DNA of 32,000 bases from Candidatus Heimdallarchaeota archaeon (GCA_030614005.1 JAUWKS010000036.1:1-32000), one strand, 5' to 3'; counted from the first letter of the stretch, positions 1 through 9,405 are shown. Notes: generated from the letters alone by a model not told the origin. Numbers and translations are program-made.

Positions 1-103
1 AAAGTCCTTTTCTCTGGAGATTGCTGAAAGTATTCCTCGTGCTAACACAAAATTACTTGATCTTCAAGCGTTTATTCTTCTCCATGTCCTATTTGTCCAT
101 ATT

Positions 104-436
104 TCATGACAGCAGTTGAAGCCCTTTCTTTTCTAACTTTAACTCTGTAATGGATGAGGTATCTATTTCGAAACCCCAGAAATGTGAGATTTCTAATTCT
201 AAAATGTATAGTAAAATTATATTTGCAACAACTCTATGCGTTACCAGAATAATTGTTCCAAGTTCAAACTTGGCTATTTTTTTAAATAGTAAATTAATTC
301 GTTCAAAAACCCTGAAACATGATTCACCATTTTGAAATGACAATTTCTCTGGATGATTGTTCCAATAATCTTCGATAATTGGATCCTCTGCGAAAACCTC
401 TTCATGAGTTCTTCCTTGCCAATCACAAGTACTACT
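104..436 (-). pseudogene. 3' half of a histidine phosphatase (phosphoglycerate mutase/CobC-like) gene; N-terminal RHG half missing
   Basis: The frame of track ORF 104..343 stays open upstream to 436 (TAA at 439-437). It reads DWQGRTHEEV..SFQNGESCFRVFERI..ILVTHRVVANIIL..FW..IDTSSITEL, matching the family pattern GDWEG..PGGES..R..LVVSHGG..N.SIT. There is no start codon or RHG motif upstream in frame. Confidence 0.7.
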
Positions 437-529
437 TTATCAAAAAAAACATGCTTATAAAATTAAAGCAATTCGATAAAAAGAAGATAAAAATCAAGAA
501 AAGAGAATAAAAAAAAAGGAGGGAAGAGT

Positions 530-593
530 CCCTTAATAATCCCAAAAATGAGATTATAACTCAGAGAGTGTTTAGGGGTTGGATTATTAAGGG
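530..593. repeat. 13-bp perfect inverted repeat (CCCTTAATAATCC / GGATTATTAAGGG) just downstream of the pilin gene
   Basis: Arms at 530-542 and 581-593, with an inner TGAG..CTCA hairpin at 549-563. On the minus strand a long U-rich tract (about 478-520) follows. Confidence 0.75.
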
Positions 594-604
594 CGTTATC
601 GCGA

Positions 605-1771
605 TTATAAATCACCGAAAGCTGGCCACACATTGTAGAGAGTGCCCAAATTAGCATTGGTGTTTGCGGAGTTGAAGAAGACTATTTGTCCTGCGAAATG
701 TGCGTTTGTTTTTGCAGAGATCTTCATCATAACTAGATTCAAACCGGCGTTGAGTGTAACTTCATTTTCTACAGACCATCTGTTTTTCTTAGTGCCTGAT
801 AGAGTGTAATCACCATTTAACCAAACTTTGAATTCTGATGCACCATTTGCTCCTAAACCAACTGTGATATCATCATCACCAGGAACATAGATATAAGTCC
901 ACATATAGACTACACCATATTTACCCCAGTTTAATGTATCTTGTTTGTCCCAGTTACCATATTTGTTTAATGCAATCAATCCAGCGTGTTCGCCAGAATC
1001 ATTGTATAGAGTAATTTTATTGTTACTTTGGACTCCAATCTTTCCTTCGGTAAATTCTGTATTGTCTAGAAGGTATGGTAGATATTCTTCTTCATTACCA
1101 TTATCACATTCTGAAATGAAATCAGTATTTAGATTTGGTCTTTTATTATTATCATCAAATTCACCAAGTAAGAACCATAAGTTTGGAGAGTATCCAGTTT
1201 CTGCTGGGAATCTTCTCTTGGCGTATTCATCATCCTCGCTTGTTCTTTCAACTAATTTGTTGAAGCCTGTAAATGGAACAGATTCTTCTTGAACAATTAT
1301 TGGGATGATTTCATTTGGAACATCAGCGGCATTAATAACTACATAGCCGGGAGATGTATAAACACTATCTTCAAATACAATTTCAATATTAAAAGTTTGA
1401 ACTGGTTGTATTTGTTGGAGAACACCTAAAGCATAAATGTTGAGTTCTTCTATTGTACTAGTTCGGATGCTGTTGTCTAAAGTGTACCATAAGTAGGTAT
1501 TGTCACCTTGAGTTATAACAACGCTTTTAATATCTGCATTTGCCATGCCTTTGTTCAATATTGGCACGGTCATTCTATCAATTAAACCATCTTGATCAAC
1601 ATCTTCAGCACTAATTGCTCCTGCTGGAACAATGCTGGAGTTGAAGCTCATGGTTGAACTGAGAATGCCATAAACTAAAGAAACTGCTGATATAGTAACG
1701 CCAATCATAATAACTGCACCGATGACGCTGCTTACAGCTTTTTTGTTTTTGAATAAATTTTTAACGTTCAT
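605..1771 (-). CDS. Archaeal type IV pilin-like protein (class III signal peptide) with a C-terminal PA14-like beta-sandwich domain
   Basis: N-terminus KNKKA/VSSVIGAVIMIGVTISAVSLVYGIL fits the prepilin peptidase site plus hydrophobic helix. A DxDxDG motif (DVDQDG) is present. The C-terminal WFLLGEF..YMWTYIYVP..KVWLNG..VTLNAGLNLVMMKI pattern resembles PA14-like domains. Confidence 0.75.
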   Translation of the reverse strand: MNVKNLFKNKKAVSSVIGAVIMIGVTISAVSLVYGILSSTMSFNSSIVPAGAISAEDVDQDGLIDRMTVPILNKGMANADIKSVVITQGDNTYLWYTLDNSIRTSTIEELNIYALGVLQQIQPVQTFNIEIVFEDSVYTSPGYVVINAADVPNEIIPIIVQEESVPFTGFNKLVERTSEDDEYAKRRFPAETGYSPNLWFLLGEFDDNNKRPNLNTDFISECDNGNEEEYLPYLLDNTEFTEGKIGVQSNNKITLYNDSGEHAGLIALNKYGNWDKQDTLNWGKYGVVYMWTYIYVPGDDDITVGLGANGASEFKVWLNGDYTLSGTKKNRWSVENEVTLNAGLNLVMMKISAKTNAHFAGQIVFFNSANTNANLGTLYNVWPAFGDL

Positions 1772-2026
1772 TTAATAGTCAACTCTAAAAGTTATCTAAT
1801 CTCATTATAGTTACTAGTTATATTATGTCATTTTATATTAAAAGCGTTATAGAAAATTTGTACACAATAGTGGTACAGAAATTCGGTATGTCTAGTAAAA
1901 TCTTCCGCAGGTTTTTTAGCTTTTCTTTGATTTTTGGCACTATTTCACTCCTTTTCTGGTATTTTAACCTGATTTTTGCAGAATATTTTTGATTTTGAAT
2001 AATATTTGCAGATTGAGGATACAATC

Positions 2027-3304
2027 TTGACAGATAATTTTGATACCAGTTTGGATAGTGCGAAAAAGCTGGATGAGGAGGATTGCTTAAGTCATTTTCA
2101 AAATCGTTTTCATATTATAAAAGATAAAATCTATGTTGACGGTAATTCTCTTGGATTAATGACCAAGGAATCAGAGAAATCTCTTTTACGTGTAATGAAT
2201 GAATGGAAAACTTTAGGTATAGATGGATGGTGGGAAGGTCAACAACCTTGGTTTTATTTTAGTGAAAAACTGGGTGAAATGATTGCTCCAATTGTTGGAG
2301 CACAACCAGAAGAAGTTGTTGCAACGGGAACGACAACAGTGAATTTACATGCATTAGTTAGCTCCTTCTATCAACCAGAAGGAAAGAGAAAGAAAATTCT
2401 CGCAGACGAGCTCAATTTTCCAACAGACATCTATGCCCTGAAAAGTCAGATATTACTTAAAGGACTCAATCCTGCAGAAGATTTGATTCTTACTCCAAGT
2501 GAAGATGGATTAAATCTAGATGAAAAAGTAATAATAGATTTGATGACTGATGAAATTGCATTGATAGTGCTACCATCTGTTCTATACCGTAGTGGGCAAT
2601 TACTTGATATGGCATTGTTAACAAAGGAAGCACATAAAAGAGGTATTCAAATTGGTTTTGATTGTAGCCATTCTGTAGGAATCGTTCCTCATAAGTTTAA
2701 TGAATGGGATATCGACTTCGCATTTTGGTGTAGTTACAAATATCTCAATAGTGGCCCTGGAGCAACAGCTTTTCTTTATGTAAATAAGAAGCATTTTGAT
2801 GTCTATCCTGGTCTTGCAGGTTGGTTTGGAAATGTCAAAGAAACTCAATTTGATATGTCGAATGAATTTGATCCAGTCGAAAGTGCCGGAAGATGGCAGA
2901 TTTCTTCTCCCGGAATAATTGGTGTAGCTGCTATTGAAGGTTCATTGAAAGTTATTCTTGAAGCAGGCATAGAATCCATTAGAGAGAAATCTTTGAAATT
3001 AAATGCTTATTTCCTATATTTAGTTGATGAGCTGCTTTCTAATTCTCCTTATAATTTTAGCATTGGAACTCTACGAGATCCAAATAGAAGAGGAGGGCAT
3101 ATGGCATTAACTCGAGATGAATACTCATTTGAAATTTTTAAAGCATTAAGGGAGTATGGTATTGTACCAGATTTCAGACCAAAGAATGTTATTCGTATAG
3201 CGCCAAACCCACTCTATAATACTTATCAAGAATTATGGCAAATTATTCAATATCTTAAGCGAATAATTGATAATGAAGAATATAGGATATTTTTAGATGA
3301 ATAA
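2027..3304 (+). CDS. kynU: Kynureninase (PLP-dependent)
   Basis: Motifs YVDGNSLG, GFDCSHSVG, WCSYKYLNSGPG (PLP lysine), GWFG, PDFRPKNVIRIAPNPLYN. TTG at 2027 is preferred over the track start at 2006 because GAGG lies 8 nt upstream. Confidence 0.93.
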   Translation: MTDNFDTSLDSAKKLDEEDCLSHFQNRFHIIKDKIYVDGNSLGLMTKESEKSLLRVMNEWKTLGIDGWWEGQQPWFYFSEKLGEMIAPIVGAQPEEVVATGTTTVNLHALVSSFYQPEGKRKKILADELNFPTDIYALKSQILLKGLNPAEDLILTPSEDGLNLDEKVIIDLMTDEIALIVLPSVLYRSGQLLDMALLTKEAHKRGIQIGFDCSHSVGIVPHKFNEWDIDFAFWCSYKYLNSGPGATAFLYVNKKHFDVYPGLAGWFGNVKETQFDMSNEFDPVESAGRWQISSPGIIGVAAIEGSLKVILEAGIESIREKSLKLNAYFLYLVDELLSNSPYNFSIGTLRDPNRRGGHMALTRDEYSFEIFKALREYGIVPDFRPKNVIRIAPNPLYNTYQELWQIIQYLKRIIDNEEYRIFLDE

Positions 3305-3325
3305 ATAAATCGGTAGATGAACTGA

Positions 3326-5110
3326 ATGACAAAAAATGATATTACATGGGATATGTCTAGTGTTTTTCCAAGCGTAACTGATCCTACAATTGATAAAACA
3401 ATAGACAAAATAAATGAGATGGTTACAGGCATAATCGCAAATTATCAAGGAAAAATTGAGAAATTATCAGCAAAAGGGTTACTCAAACTATTGCAAGATT
3501 ATGAGGAATATCTGATTGAATCTGGTAATATTGGAATGTATGCTCGCTTATCTTTTGCAGCAAATATGACCTCGCCTGAGACTCAACAGCTTAATGATAG
3601 AATGAGTAAGATTCAAGCCCAATATGCCAAGGAACTTGCTTTTATTTCATTAGATGTTGGAAAACTAGTCTATAATAAAAAAGACTTGATTGAAGATCCT
3701 ATTCTTAGTAATTATAAACACTTCCTTGAGAGACTTGTTCGTGTTGTGCCACATCAGCTTTCAGAAATAGAAGAGCAATTGATTATTGGAAAAGATCAAT
3801 TTGGTATTAGGGGTTGGCAGCAGCTTCAAAGTAAATGGCTCAACACTCGAATGTTTGATGTGGAAGTTGAAGGAGAAATGAAGCAGCTTTCCTATGGACA
3901 AGCAAATGCATTACTCCCTCATAAAGATAGAGAAACTCGAAAGTCAGCTAATAAATCAATATATGGCTTATTGAGAAATGACAGTGAAATATTCTCGTCA
4001 GCAATGAGAAATATCTTCAATGATTGGGAAGCTATTACCGTAAGAAGGAAATACGATTCAGAAATGCATGCTAGTTTGATAGCAAATGACATTTCCCAAG
4101 AAGTAATAACCAACCTACTAAAAGCAATTGATGAACATTCTCATATTTATAAACGATACCTGAAATTAAAAGCAAAAATGTTGGGTCTTCCAAAATTAGC
4201 AAATTACGATATAACTGCACCTTTACCTGACGCACCTGATATCAAATACGATTTTAAGAAAGCAGAGGAACTTGTAACTGATGCATATAGTAAGTTCGAT
4301 GAGGAATATGCATTTGCTACTAAGGATATGTTCAAACGAAAACATATTGATGCATCACCAAGATTTGGAAAAAGAAACGGTGCTTTTTGTGCAAGCTGGT
4401 ATAAAGGAAAATCAGCATTTATACTCCAAAGCTTCAATGATGCGCTTGGTGGAGTGTATACTTTAGCACATGAGCTTGGTCATGCAACACATGATTATTA
4501 CTTCATTCCAGCACAAACAATTCTTAATAGTAGAACACCGATGGTAGTAGCTGAAACGGCATCTATTTTTGGCGAGCTATTACTGACAGATTTACTGATG
4601 AGCCAAGCTCAAACAGACAATGAGAAAAAGGCAATAATCTGTCAAGTTCTTGATGGAGCAGGAATGGCAGCATTTCAAGTAACAGCAAGAGCTTGGTTTG
4701 AACAAGATGTTTATGATGCAATCAAACGTGGGGAATATTTAGACTTCAAAACAATTAGTAAATATTGGAAAAAGAACCGAGATAGGATCTATGGTGATGC
4801 AATAGAATGGTTAGATGAGATGGAAGCAGAATGGACTATGAAAGGCCATTATTATATGCCTAACTTCAGATTCTATAACTATCCATATGTCTATGCCCAA
4901 ATGTTTGTCTATGCACTTTATCAAAAGTATATTGAGGAAGGAAAAGATTTTGTTCCTAAATTTAAGAAAGTTCTTTCAGCAGGAAGCAGCCTTTCCCCAA
5001 TTGAAATTGGTAAATTGGTTGGACTAGATGTTACCGATCCTGACTTTTGGAAATTAGGTATGAAGCGCTTTGAGCACTTTGTTGATGAATTAGAAAAATT
5101 AGTAAAATGA
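3326..5110 (+). CDS. pepF: Oligoendopeptidase F (M3B zinc peptidase)
   Basis: 594 aa; TLAHELGHATH (HExxH), AETAS third ligand, GKRNGAFC, HYY..FYNYPY motifs. Confidence 0.92.
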   Translation: MTKNDITWDMSSVFPSVTDPTIDKTIDKINEMVTGIIANYQGKIEKLSAKGLLKLLQDYEEYLIESGNIGMYARLSFAANMTSPETQQLNDRMSKIQAQYAKELAFISLDVGKLVYNKKDLIEDPILSNYKHFLERLVRVVPHQLSEIEEQLIIGKDQFGIRGWQQLQSKWLNTRMFDVEVEGEMKQLSYGQANALLPHKDRETRKSANKSIYGLLRNDSEIFSSAMRNIFNDWEAITVRRKYDSEMHASLIANDISQEVITNLLKAIDEHSHIYKRYLKLKAKMLGLPKLANYDITAPLPDAPDIKYDFKKAEELVTDAYSKFDEEYAFATKDMFKRKHIDASPRFGKRNGAFCASWYKGKSAFILQSFNDALGGVYTLAHELGHATHDYYFIPAQTILNSRTPMVVAETASIFGELLLTDLLMSQAQTDNEKKAIICQVLDGAGMAAFQVTARAWFEQDVYDAIKRGEYLDFKTISKYWKKNRDRIYGDAIEWLDEMEAEWTMKGHYYMPNFRFYNYPYVYAQMFVYALYQKYIEEGKDFVPKFKKVLSAGSSLSPIEIGKLVGLDVTDPDFWKLGMKRFEHFVDELEKLVK

Positions 5111-5117
5111 AATAGAT

Positions 5118-5148
5118 GGTCAGGCAATCTGACCTAATCCTCTTTTTT
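5118..5148 (+). terminator. Short hairpin plus T-tract between convergent genes
   Basis: GGTCAG-GCAAT-CTGACC (5118-5134) followed by TCTTTTTT, 8 nt after the pepF stop. Confidence 0.45.
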
Positions 5149-5160
5149 CAGAATAATCCT

Positions 5161-5838
5161 TCAATCTGCATAAATTATCCAAAAGATACTTGATTGATCT
5201 ATCTCTTTAATATAGGAATTTACTTCCAAATCTACACTTAAATCTGAGAAATCACTTTTTGAGAATGTTGTTGCTTGAAAACCATCCTTGCAGACAATAG
5301 TCCCTTCACCGGTTTTTTCAGTATCAATCGCTCCAATTAACCATTCTTTAGATTGTTTCTTGAACCAATCTAACCGTGCATCCCATATTTTATCGGAATA
5401 GCTACTAAAAAGAACCTTACCACCTTTCTTAGTTATCTTTAAACATTCTTTTACAAGAGCTAATGGGTCAACCTTGAAAGCCGATAGACCATTTTGTATA
5501 GCAAACACAACATCAAACATATTCTCATCGAAAGTAAGGTTATCAGCATTCATATTGAAAAGTTTAACATTTTTGTTATCAGATAAGTATTCTTCTGCAA
5601 GATCCAAACTTTCTGCAGATGTATCTATGCCATATGCTTCTTGAGAATTCGCAGCAATATGTTTCAATACACGACCGTAACCGCACCCAAGCTCAAGAAC
5701 AATTGATTCAGGCTTTAGAAAAGTTAACACATACTCTATTTCAGCTGATAGATATTGTTGAATTCTTGGTGAAGCCAAATCATAGCATCTTTTGAGATTA
5801 TTTGCAGATAGTTTTTCAGAGTAATATTTTTTATTCAT
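5161..5838 (-). CDS. Class I SAM-dependent methyltransferase
   Basis: Motif I VLELGCGYG, then GIDTS, FDVV and LKITKKGGKV; substrate unknown. Confidence 0.88.
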   Translation of the reverse strand: MNKKYYSEKLSANNLKRCYDLASPRIQQYLSAEIEYVLTFLKPESIVLELGCGYGRVLKHIAANSQEAYGIDTSAESLDLAEEYLSDNKNVKLFNMNADNLTFDENMFDVVFAIQNGLSAFKVDPLALVKECLKITKKGGKVLFSSYSDKIWDARLDWFKKQSKEWLIGAIDTEKTGEGTIVCKDGFQATTFSKSDFSDLSVDLEVNSYIKEIDQSSIFWIIYAD

Positions 5839-5966
5839 AGATACAACCTATTATCAGATTATTGCATCAATAGTGAACTTGATGATTCTTATTTCTTTCT
5901 TCTTTTAGTGATTCAACAATACTTTCAGTTATTCTCCTAACGTTACTATTTTAACAGTCAGTAATT

Positions 5967-6110
5967 ATGTTTAAGAAAACAACAGAACTTCAATTTGCTT
6001 TTTCCACTTGTGAAAAAGAATTGAAACAACTACCAAAAAATGAAAAATTTTCGAAACGAAGACAAAAGATTATTCAAAATGTCTTAGCTAAGACATATTA
6101 TACGTTCTAA
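5967..6110 (+). CDS. Possible 47-aa small basic protein (below the track threshold)
   Basis: ATG..TAA, MFKKTTELQFAFSTCEKELKQLPKNEKFSKRRQKIIQNVLAKTYYTF; no clear SD and no family recognised. Confidence 0.3.
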   Translation: MFKKTTELQFAFSTCEKELKQLPKNEKFSKRRQKIIQNVLAKTYYTF

Positions 6111-6388
6111 TAATTAGAATTCTTGAAATCAATTATTAGGCTGATTTGTATGAAAATTAGTATTAAAGCTTTCGATAATTTACGATATCAAAAAATCTCA
6201 TAAGAATAAGAAAAGATTCACAAAAAAGCCAAGGAAATTGTAATGAGAAAAACAATTTCTCAGTGTTAAAGGGACAATATTAAAAAACATTAATTGTTTT
6301 CTTTTCGATTTCAATTGTGACATTAATTCGCAAGACAAGAAAAAAATAGATCATTTGTTTTGGAATTTTACTCCAAGGCTTATTTCTA

Positions 6389-6718
6389 TTATTGGAAATC
6401 TAAACCTCTTAGTGCATCTCTTGCAGGAATTAATATCTCAAACAACGTTTTCATTCCTTTTAGTGTTATCTTGTATCTTACCACTTTCACTTCTTCTCCC
6501 TCAAATTTTTCCTTAATTTCTTCAACAACTTCAATAAATCCTTTCTTTACCATATCTTCTAAAATAACATTTAATTTATGATAGTCACCAACTGTAGAAC
6601 TGCGAATTGCATAAAATGATAAGCCCAACTTATTATCATCTGCAATACCATCTTCACTTTGAGCTAATTTAGAGAGAATGGCAATCCATTTATCCAAATC
6701 ATCGCTTCTACGTTTCAA
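6389..6718 (-). CDS. Winged helix-turn-helix DNA-binding protein
   Basis: LNVILEDMVKKGFIEVV..RYKITLKGMKTL is a typical wHTH wing pattern. TTG start with GGGTGA 7 nt upstream. Confidence 0.72.
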   Translation of the reverse strand: MKRRSDDLDKWIAILSKLAQSEDGIADDNKLGLSFYAIRSSTVGDYHKLNVILEDMVKKGFIEVVEEIKEKFEGEEVKVVRYKITLKGMKTLFEILIPARDALRGLDFQ

Positions 6719-6801
6719 GAGCTATCACCCTCATTTATGAACTAATTAACATTCATTTTTTCTTTCGCTCAACAATCATCCAAGGAGTTCATTCGACTTC
6801 C

Positions 6802-7467
6802 TTATTTTTCAGCTTCTTCAGTCATGAGTTTGCCGAAATTTCCTAGTGCTGTATCCAATGCTTCATCATAATTTTTAGCAATCATTTGTAATCGTCGATA
6901 TTTTTGAAGGGATGTAATAACCATATAAGTCATCATCAAACCAATTGCAATATACAATGAGATGCTTATAATCATCGAGCTAGTGTTACTTAGAAAATAG
7001 TGGATAAATAGTTCTGAATAGAAACGATATTTACTAATCATCCATATAAATCGAAAGAAGCTAAATAATCCGGAAAGAAGGACCACAATTACTAAAAAAC
7101 CAAACAAATCTCTTAGTATTTTTATCGAGCTAGAAATTTCTATTTGAAATGTTTTAAAATTAACACTTCCGTCTTGATCAATTATACGATCATTAACAAG
7201 TTGCCTCTGGATATACTTTTTTCTAATTAATAACCAGACATTCAAGGCATACAATATTGCACCTACAGCTATAGCAATCGAACTTGCAATAATTACTGTT
7301 CTTGCTAATTGAGTATCAGGAATGTAATCGGGATTTATGTTCAAAAGATATAGCTCTTGAATTCCTGCGTATAAAAAATCGATTGAAAGTAATATACCAG
7401 CCATTAGTATTGTTCCTAAGCTAAGGCATAATGGGAATGATATTTTATCGTAGTTTAGGCGCGTCAT
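6802..7467 (-). CDS. Hypothetical membrane protein, about 4 TM helices
   Basis: 221 aa with four long hydrophobic segments; TATA-like TTTTATATA about 25-30 nt upstream. Confidence 0.75.
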   Translation of the reverse strand: MTRLNYDKISFPLCLSLGTILMAGILLSIDFLYAGIQELYLLNINPDYIPDTQLARTVIIASSIAIAVGAILYALNVWLLIRKKYIQRQLVNDRIIDQDGSVNFKTFQIEISSSIKILRDLFGFLVIVVLLSGLFSFFRFIWMISKYRFYSELFIHYFLSNTSSMIISISLYIAIGLMMTYMVITSLQKYRRLQMIAKNYDEALDTALGNFGKLMTEEAEK

Positions 7468-7509
7468 GAATTAAGCATATATCGTTCAATATATAAAAAA
7501 TTAGATAGT

Positions 7510-8646
7510 TTAATTTTCTTTCTTACTTTCAGAGTGTTTTAATGCATCATTTGCTAGTGAAAGTTCCCTCAAAGATCCTTTTGCAATCATTGTTCTACTA
7601 TACGTAGGATATTCATAAACAATATCAATATTTGTTAAATCGTATCGTTCAAACAAAACGTCTTTCAAGACATCGGCAATATACCAACTTGTTTCTATCT
7701 TTTTATCAGGACGTAAGAAAATCATCTCTTGATCAATATCATATTCTTCTATTAACGCTTCAACTATCTCTTCGGGTATAGCATAATTTGGAGGAGTTAT
7801 TACTGCTTTTACTAGCATTCCATCTTGAATTTCTTCAAATGGTTTCTTAACAACTTTAGCAGTTCTTAATAATCGATTTCTAAATTGAACTGCATCTTTT
7901 GATAAAGAACTGCAATAATGCAGAGTGAAATTATAATCTGTTTCTTCCAAGATTTCCAAAGCTAATGCTTCGCTTCCTTCAACTGCTGATGAATCTTCAG
8001 TTTTGAGAAGGAAACCTCGCTTAGTCAAATTCTCAAAATTCGCTTCAGTTGCTTCTAACTCATTGAAATTGCAGAATTTAACAAATTCGAGGCTTTCAAG
8101 ATAATCCAAGAATTTTAACGTTTTTTCTTTATTATTTGGGATAATCGGTATTTCTGCACCGACAGTCCAGTTATGGAATAATGCTTTCTCAATATTTTTT
8201 TCTTGGGTTCTATTTTGTGGATGGAATCGTATTTCATCCAAACCAGCATCACTTAGCTTTTGTAGATTTTCTTCTGTAGCAAACCTTCCAGAAGTATAAA
8301 GATGAATGTAGAATTTTTCTCCAAATTCCTTTTTCATATTTGTAAGATACTCAATAGTAAGATCAATAGTTGCTAAGGGGTCTCCACCAGTAATTGCAGC
8401 ACCAAGCGCATTCATATTTGTTTTTTCTAACATCACCCCAGAGAAATTAGTTATTGGTCGCTCATTTGCTAAAATAATATCCTCCCCTCGTTTGTCTTTA
8501 GTCAATGAACAATAGTAGCAATTCTCACTGCATTTTCCTGAAATTAGAAAGAATAATTGAGCACCTCTTCTGCAAAGTTTGCAGCCTTTTGGCAAGGTCC
8601 CTTTAATATAGGATTCACCTTGCAATGGTCTAATTTTCTTTTTCAT
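7510..8646 (-). CDS. Radical SAM protein, conserved archaeal PFL-activase-related family (COG2108-like)
   Basis: KGCKLC, CSENCYYC (CxxxCxxC), ITGGDPL, DEIRFHP, HYCSS..KDAVQ. ATG at 8646 preferred over TTG at 8655. Confidence 0.87.
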   Translation of the reverse strand: MKKKIRPLQGESYIKGTLPKGCKLCRRGAQLFFLISGKCSENCYYCSLTKDKRGEDIILANERPITNFSGVMLEKTNMNALGAAITGGDPLATIDLTIEYLTNMKKEFGEKFYIHLYTSGRFATEENLQKLSDAGLDEIRFHPQNRTQEKNIEKALFHNWTVGAEIPIIPNNKEKTLKFLDYLESLEFVKFCNFNELEATEANFENLTKRGFLLKTEDSSAVEGSEALALEILEETDYNFTLHYCSSLSKDAVQFRNRLLRTAKVVKKPFEEIQDGMLVKAVITPPNYAIPEEIVEALIEEYDIDQEMIFLRPDKKIETSWYIADVLKDVLFERYDLTNIDIVYEYPTYSRTMIAKGSLRELSLANDALKHSESKKEN

Positions 8647-8685
8647 AGCGAACAACCACTGGAATTGCTTTTATTATTTAGCCAG

Positions 8686-9405
8686 CTATATTTTTGTCCT
8701 TCTTCTTACAATAGGGTTTTTATCAACAATTTGTTTAAAAATTTCTTCAATGTTTTCATCAGGAGATAATTCAATATTAAGATAAACGCCTGTTCTCCCT
8801 ACTTTATCTCGAGTAGTTAATACCCTGACTCGTTCTTTAACTAGTCCAACATTAACTCCCACCTTCTTAGCAACTATGGACTCTAAGCCCATAATGGGTG
8901 ATTCTTTGTGGCCAGTTTCAGTTGGTTCTATCAGCATTAATCTTTTATCCACTCCGGGAACTCTGCGGTTTTCCAAAAGTTCTTCTAAAGTCAGAGCACC
9001 ACCAAAACGAATGAAATCAAATTCGCGCTCTCTTATTGAGGTTAATGGAAAGGTTATGCATATTAATTCGCTCAAATAAATATGTGCTTTTACTAAATGT
9101 TTGGGTGTTGCTTGAACAATTCTCTTTTCGTAAATGTTTAATTTGTTTTGTTCTAGAGTTAATTCTAATTTAAATGAAGAAATTTGAAATGGTATGAATA
9201 AGTCAATATCACTTTTTTCAGTAACATCACCGCGGCATATTGAACCATAAATGAGTGTTTGAATGTTATTAGCAGCTAATTTGTTCATTATATCAATAGC
9301 AAGACCTCTTTTCGCTTGGAGAATCTTCCATTGTTCTTTTGAGTACGGTACTTGAGTTATATCGCCGATTTCTATTGGTTTCACTCCAGAACCTTTTCTT
9401 TTCAT
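8686..9405 (-). CDS. Pol-beta superfamily nucleotidyltransferase, conserved archaeal (COG2413-like)
   Basis: YGSICRGDVTEKSDIDL (GS..GD..SDID), RVPGVDKRL, RERVRVL..RDKVGRTGVY. Confidence 0.85.
   Translation of the reverse strand: MKRKGSGVKPIEIGDITQVPYSKEQWKILQAKRGLAIDIMNKLAANNIQTLIYGSICRGDVTEKSDIDLFIPFQISSFKLELTLEQNKLNIYEKRIVQATPKHLVKAHIYLSELICITFPLTSIREREFDFIRFGGALTLEELLENRRVPGVDKRLMLIEPTETGHKESPIMGLESIVAKKVGVNVGLVKERVRVLTTRDKVGRTGVYLNIELSPDENIEEIFKQIVDKNPIVRRRTKI

Noticed and set aside
1-103. Possible gene at the window edge
   Set aside because: Short open frames exist on both strands, but none has a recognisable motif or a convincing start; cannot be called without flanking sequence.
1833-2024. 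Minus-strand 63-aa ORF, with an internal AGGAG-GTG that could start a 35-aa peptide
   Set aside because: Lies across the divergent pilin/kynU promoter region, overlaps the kynU SD and has no recognisable family; probably chance.
5853-5945. Minus-strand open stretch NSNVRRITESIVESLKEERNKNHQVHY that might be another gene tail
   Set aside because: No start codon and no family recognised, unlike the acnA and phosphatase remnants.
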